Assembly: GCA_002269645.1 (NCBI GenBank)
Contig: NIVC01000942.1
Span: 62,001-126,000 of the forward strand
DNA length: 64,000 nucleotides
DNA from: Macrostomum lignano
Taxonomy: Eukaryota
Direction: 5' to 3'
The first letter of the stretch is position 1; every line of letters starts with the position of its first letter. Positions 59,583-64,000 of the stretch are shown piece by piece. A program made the position numbers and the translations under genes. Under the pieces are notes generated by a model. The model searched no databases and was not told the DNA's origin. It saw only the letters and a program-made list of their open reading frames with translations.

Positions 59583-62199
59583 ATTTTTTTATAATATATA
59601 TTTTAATATATCTTTTATCTTTCTACATTTTCATAGTCAAAGTTTGCTTTTTCTGCATAAAAATTGCATAGTTGCTTTGTTTAGGTATGTCTCTGCTTTA
59701 ATTAAAAAACTTTAAACATTAACTAAATGCTTTATAAGCTTAGATAGATATTCTTTAGCAAAAAATATTAAGACATTATAAATATATGAAATGCTAAATT
59801 ATTATTATTAATTTTATAATTGCTAAGCCTAGGAGCTGTATTATTATAATTCCTATTCTTTTTCTTATTAAAAACAAATAAAAAAACAAAAAAATGTTAA
59901 GTAGCCTTTAAAAGTAGTAGCTGCAATTTTACAAAAAAATATTTTATTTGATTGCCATAAAAAGTAATAAAAGAATTCAGGCTTCACCTTATAGCCAATT
60001 TTGAAAAACTGATAATACACTGGTCATATTTTCCTATACCTCTATAAATTCACATTAAAAAATTTCATTGAAAAATAGTTTTTAAACAACTATTACATGT
60101 TTACTAAGTCCCAGGACTGGAATTATCCCTTACTAAATGTAAAATGCATGGGTATTTTACATTAGCATTAATTTACCCATTCAATTTGCTTCCTTTGGCC
60201 AATAGGTTCCTCTAAGCCACATAACCTACAAGGGGGTTGCTTGGCTTTTTCTATGAAAGCAATCATAATATTCTTGTTGGCATACAGCATTTAATTTCTA
60301 TGCTAGGCATATAGACAACAAAGTACACTTATTAAGCAATAAGTTATAGCCAAATAAATAGGTCAGCACTAGAAATCTTTAAATGCCCCCCTTTAGGGCA
60401 CTAAATAAGCAAAGGAGAAAAACAGTTTTCCAAATGCATGTTATATATTAAATATGTTGGGAAAAATGTTATATACAAATCTTTTCTATACTTACAAAAA
60501 TGTTATTTGGCTGCTATTAGCTCTTTTTGAGATTTTTATTAGAATTATATAGCATAAATATTACATATTTCATGCCCATTTGTACAATGCAATGTAACAT
60601 CCATAAGAATGCAATATTAATTATTTAAACAAAGATAAGTAGACTTTTCACACAGAAACAAATTTTTATCTGCAAAAAAATAAATATGGTAAGTTAAGCC
60701 ATTTTTTAAATAGTAATTTAGAGATTAGTCAATTTTTCACACATTGGTTAATGACAACTTGCATTGAATTTAATTCACACCAAAAATTGTTGTTTTTATA
60801 TTAATGTACCACTATACATACAGAATAAACTGTATGATATGCACTAAAATGAACAATATTTGTACTGCAGTGTTCCTTGAAACAGGTTTTATGTAAAATT
60901 ATAATGGCAACAACAAATAGATATTGAATCTTGAATCTTGATTTATTACATATACATAAAATGCTTCAGTTTCTTTCACTTTGTATCAAATCTCCATTTT
61001 AAGTCAAGTTAATAATGCATGAGCTTAGTAGCTAAATTCAGTGGTGACTGCAACTCATACAAAAACTAATATCAGCAATCAAGGACTTAAAAAGGCCTAG
61101 ATTATTTTCCACTGTTATCTTTTATTGGTTTTATAATTTCAAAAATGTGCAGCAGCAAAAGAATATTAATTGGTATATTTTTATGGGAATCTTAATCATT
61201 CAATAGCTCAATTTGACTTTTTTTGAAAACATACTCATATAAACTATGCTGCTTTACTAATAAATTGTTAATTATTACCACAAAAATGTTTAATATTAGT
61301 CCATTTTTCTTTGCCCTTATCTCATTGCTTAGTCTGCTTATAGGTTATACTTTCCATGAAAAATACATACACCAAAATTTAAAATTTTTTATTTATATTT
61401 ATTTATATAAAAACTTATATTTTTGCTAAGTGCACATTTTTGCTACACTTTTAAACCTTTTTCCCTTATATGTTCTATCTGCTTAGAGAGAAAGATAAAA
61501 GGAGGTGAAGGAGCAGAGCTTGATAAAATTAGAAGAGGGCACATAAATTAAGTTAATGTGCCTTGCAAATGTCAAACCTCTATTCTCATATGTACTCAAT
61601 GCCAATTGCTTTCTACTGTCACTGATATATGGAATCTAGGTAGTGCATTATAAGATTGTTGAAGAACATAGCCAAACCCAAAAATAGCTTTTTGTATACA
61701 TTGGAACTAGCATCTTCTTCACTATCTAAAATTTTTAAGAAAATTGAAGAAAACACATGGTTGCATAGCCAGGTCTGGCAGTTGTGTCAAAAAATATATA
61801 TGGGCTAAGGAGCTTGGAAAAGAGGACACTTATTGCAATGCAGGAGGGCAATTCAGGATTGTTTATTATGAAGCAGTGCTACAAATTAAGAAATTGTTCA
61901 GCCCAATACAGGTTTAGGATAGGTGGGCAAGTGCAGCCAAGAGGAGCTCAGGGGAGGGCAAAAACTAAGAAAAGCTCAGCTACAAATTCAGGAAAAAATC
62001 ATAATGCAAAAACAAATTTAACAAAAATACCATTGGCATTGGTCTAAGTTTTATATCAAAGTGCATTTTGCATTTTTATATAAATTGATAGATTAATAAA
62101 ACATTTTATTAATTTTGTCTTTTTTTAGAATATAGTTGTGTATATGTGTTTATAAGCTATGATTGCTATGATTCTTTTTTCTTAGAATATAGTAATACA

Positions 62200-63017
62200 C
62201 GAGGGGCGTCCATAAAGTAGTGTTACTATTACTCGGTGTGGACATATGGAAAGTTGCACTTGCATGAGTTTGGTGTCATTTGAAAGTGGCAAGTCTCTTC
62301 TTTAAAATGACACCAATTGCAAGAGATTTGAATATGTGCTTCAAGAGATATGGACGATTAAGTAGAGAAAGGTCGGTCATAAACTTACTCAAGCTGTGTC
62401 TGCAGAAAACTTTTATTAATCACTTCAAGAAAATCCAAACAACACAACAAAAGTACAGTAAAAAAAACAGGTGATAACAAGCAAAATTGTTATACAAGCG
62501 AACAATGTTAAAATAACTCATTGGTTGGCAGAGTTGTCTTCTCAACGTAGTCACCACCAGACATGATGCACTTCTCCCATCGGTCTCGCATCTTGTCGAT
62601 GGCATCTGCATACAGAGTTCTCGGAATCTGGTGCAGCAGGACCTTCCTAACCTTGCTCTCCAATTGATCGCGACTGTTATGGACTCAGCACAGCAACTGC
62701 AGTCTTAGTTTTCTGAGGCAGCCCCTCTCATTTGCTGCATCGAATTTGGCCATAGACAGTTTATGCATGCAAGAAAAATCGATAAAATTTCAAGCTGAAT
62801 GCTATTTTTAGCTTAAATTTTAGCTTGTGTAAGTTTATGACCGACCTATCTCTACTTAATTATCCATATCTCTTGAAGCACATATTCAAATCTCTTGCAA
62901 TTGGTGTCATTTTAAAGAAGAGACTTGCCACTTTCAAATGACACCAAACTCATACAAGTGCAACTTTCCATATGTCCACACCGAGTAATAGTAACACTAC
63001 TTTCCGGACGCCCCTTG
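62200..63017 (-). mobile_element. Tc1/mariner internal-deletion derivative with ~200-bp inverted ends
   Basis: Left CGAGGGGCGTCCATAAAGTAG and right (reverse complement) CAAGGGGCGTCCGGAAAGTAG, with TA at 63018-63019. The minus-strand interior encodes LYADAIDKMRDRWEKCIMSGGDYVEK, the mariner transposase C-terminal motif RW.KC....GDYvEK. Confidence 0.85.
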
Positions 63018-63353
63018 TATTTGTTTACAAGTTATAATCAGACATGCTATTTAATCTTATTAACTACTTGGCTTGATGTGACTACTTGACTATCAAGTAT
63101 TTGTAGCATTGTAGGCACTATTACTAATGCATAGAGCCCTATTAAACTAAATTAATTTGTTCATTTGTTTCATATATTTAGAATTTAAAATGGAAAGGAA
63201 GTAAATTAGAGTAGAAAAATATTTTAAAGAATGATTCTATAGGTTAACCATTTAGGCTCTAAAACAAAAATCATATAATATCATAAAAAACTTTGCGAAA
63301 ATTTCAATATTAAATATCAATTAGCCACTGTGAAACTCTCCAGAGCCAGCCAG

Positions 63354-63797
63354 ATGTTCCACCTGAAGAAGACGCACCGTCTGGTGCTGATGATCCTCAT
63401 GGCAGTCGGCTATTTTGTAGTGGAATTGGTTGTCGGGCACTTGTGCGACTCCATGACTTTGGTAGCCGACTCTTTCCACATGCTGTCCGACGTGCTGGCG
63501 CTAACGGTGGCGCTTGGCGCCGTTCGCATGGCCAAGAAGCCGCGAGACCGGCGCCACACCTATGGCTTTCAGCGGGCAGAAATTCTTGGCACACTGGTTA
63601 ATACCGTGATGCTGGTCACCCTGTGCTTCACCATCATTATGGAGGCGATTCACAAGCTGTTCGAGCCTAAGCCTGTCACCCAGCCAAAGTTGATTATTGG
63701 GGTTGGTGCTGGCGGCTTGCTAATTAACCTGATTGGCATCCTGTTGTTCTGCGGACACAGCCACGGGCACAGTCACGGCGGCTCGGCTGGACCAGTT
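63354..63797 (+). CDS. SLC30A1: Cation diffusion facilitator zinc transporter (ZnT1-type), exon 1; continues beyond the window
   Basis: YFVVELVVG..SMTLVADSFHMLSDVLAL (HxxxD site), TYGFQRAEILGTLVN, EAIHKLFEP, GLLINLIG, His-rich GHSHGHSHG loop. Phase-0 donor GTAAGT at 63798. The ZnT1 versus ZnT10 assignment rests on the His in SFHMLSD. Confidence 0.88.
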
Positions 63798-63864
63798 GTA
63801 AGTGCCCCAATTGTGCTTTTTAGATATAGCTGTTGTGTACTTTGGTACTGGTGCCGACTGAAGC

Positions 63865-64000
63865 TGTGTTAGACATCCTGTAATGTCACGTGTACTGTTA
63901 CAGATGCAGTGTTAAACATCCTGTATTGTCACTTGTACTGTTACAGATACAGGTGTTAAACATCCTGTATTGTCACTTGTACTGTTACAGATGCAGGTGT
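63865..64000. repeat. ~45-bp tandem repeat in the ZnT intron (GTTAAACATCCTGTATTGTCACTTGTACTGTTACAGAT...)
   Basis: Three visible units up to the window end. Confidence 0.75.

Overview
Eukaryotic (animal) genomic DNA. Spliced genes with GC-rich codons sit among introns and intergenic DNA packed with minisatellites. The style resembles a free-living flatworm such as Macrostomum, but that is only an inference. Left to right: (1) the 3' exons of an N-acetylglucosamine-6-phosphate deacetylase (AMDHD2/nagA). (2) A complete 3-exon CAAX prenyl protease (ZMPSTE24/STE24), followed by two tandem, internally deleted copies of the same locus (2891-bp period). (3) A 2.67-kb CCC...GGG DNA transposon with a 2-bp TSD, inverted subterminal repeats and a decayed BEN-domain-like ORF. 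(4) A rhodopsin-class peptide-type GPCR. (5) A putative innate-immunity cluster: three intact signal peptide-PAN-like-fibrinogen (FReD) genes that are nearly identical except in a highly divergent C-terminal ligand-binding subdomain, two broken relatives, a disrupted signal peptide-WSC-PAN gene and a Mab-21/cGAS-like fragment. The PAN exon is absent from the ORF track. (6) A decayed RTE-like LINE. (7) Four tandem, very divergent, signal-peptide-less CAP/SCP (GAPR-1-like) genes. The last has a 7.5-kb intron holding a nested Myb/SANT transposon remnant, a 76-bp satellite and a duplicated foldback element with 616-bp TIRs. (8) A MITE-like element, a mariner deletion derivative and exon 1 of a ZnT1-type zinc transporter. 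All family assignments come from motif recognition by eye, with no database search. Repeat boundaries are approximate. Single-base frameshifts may be assembly errors rather than true lesions.
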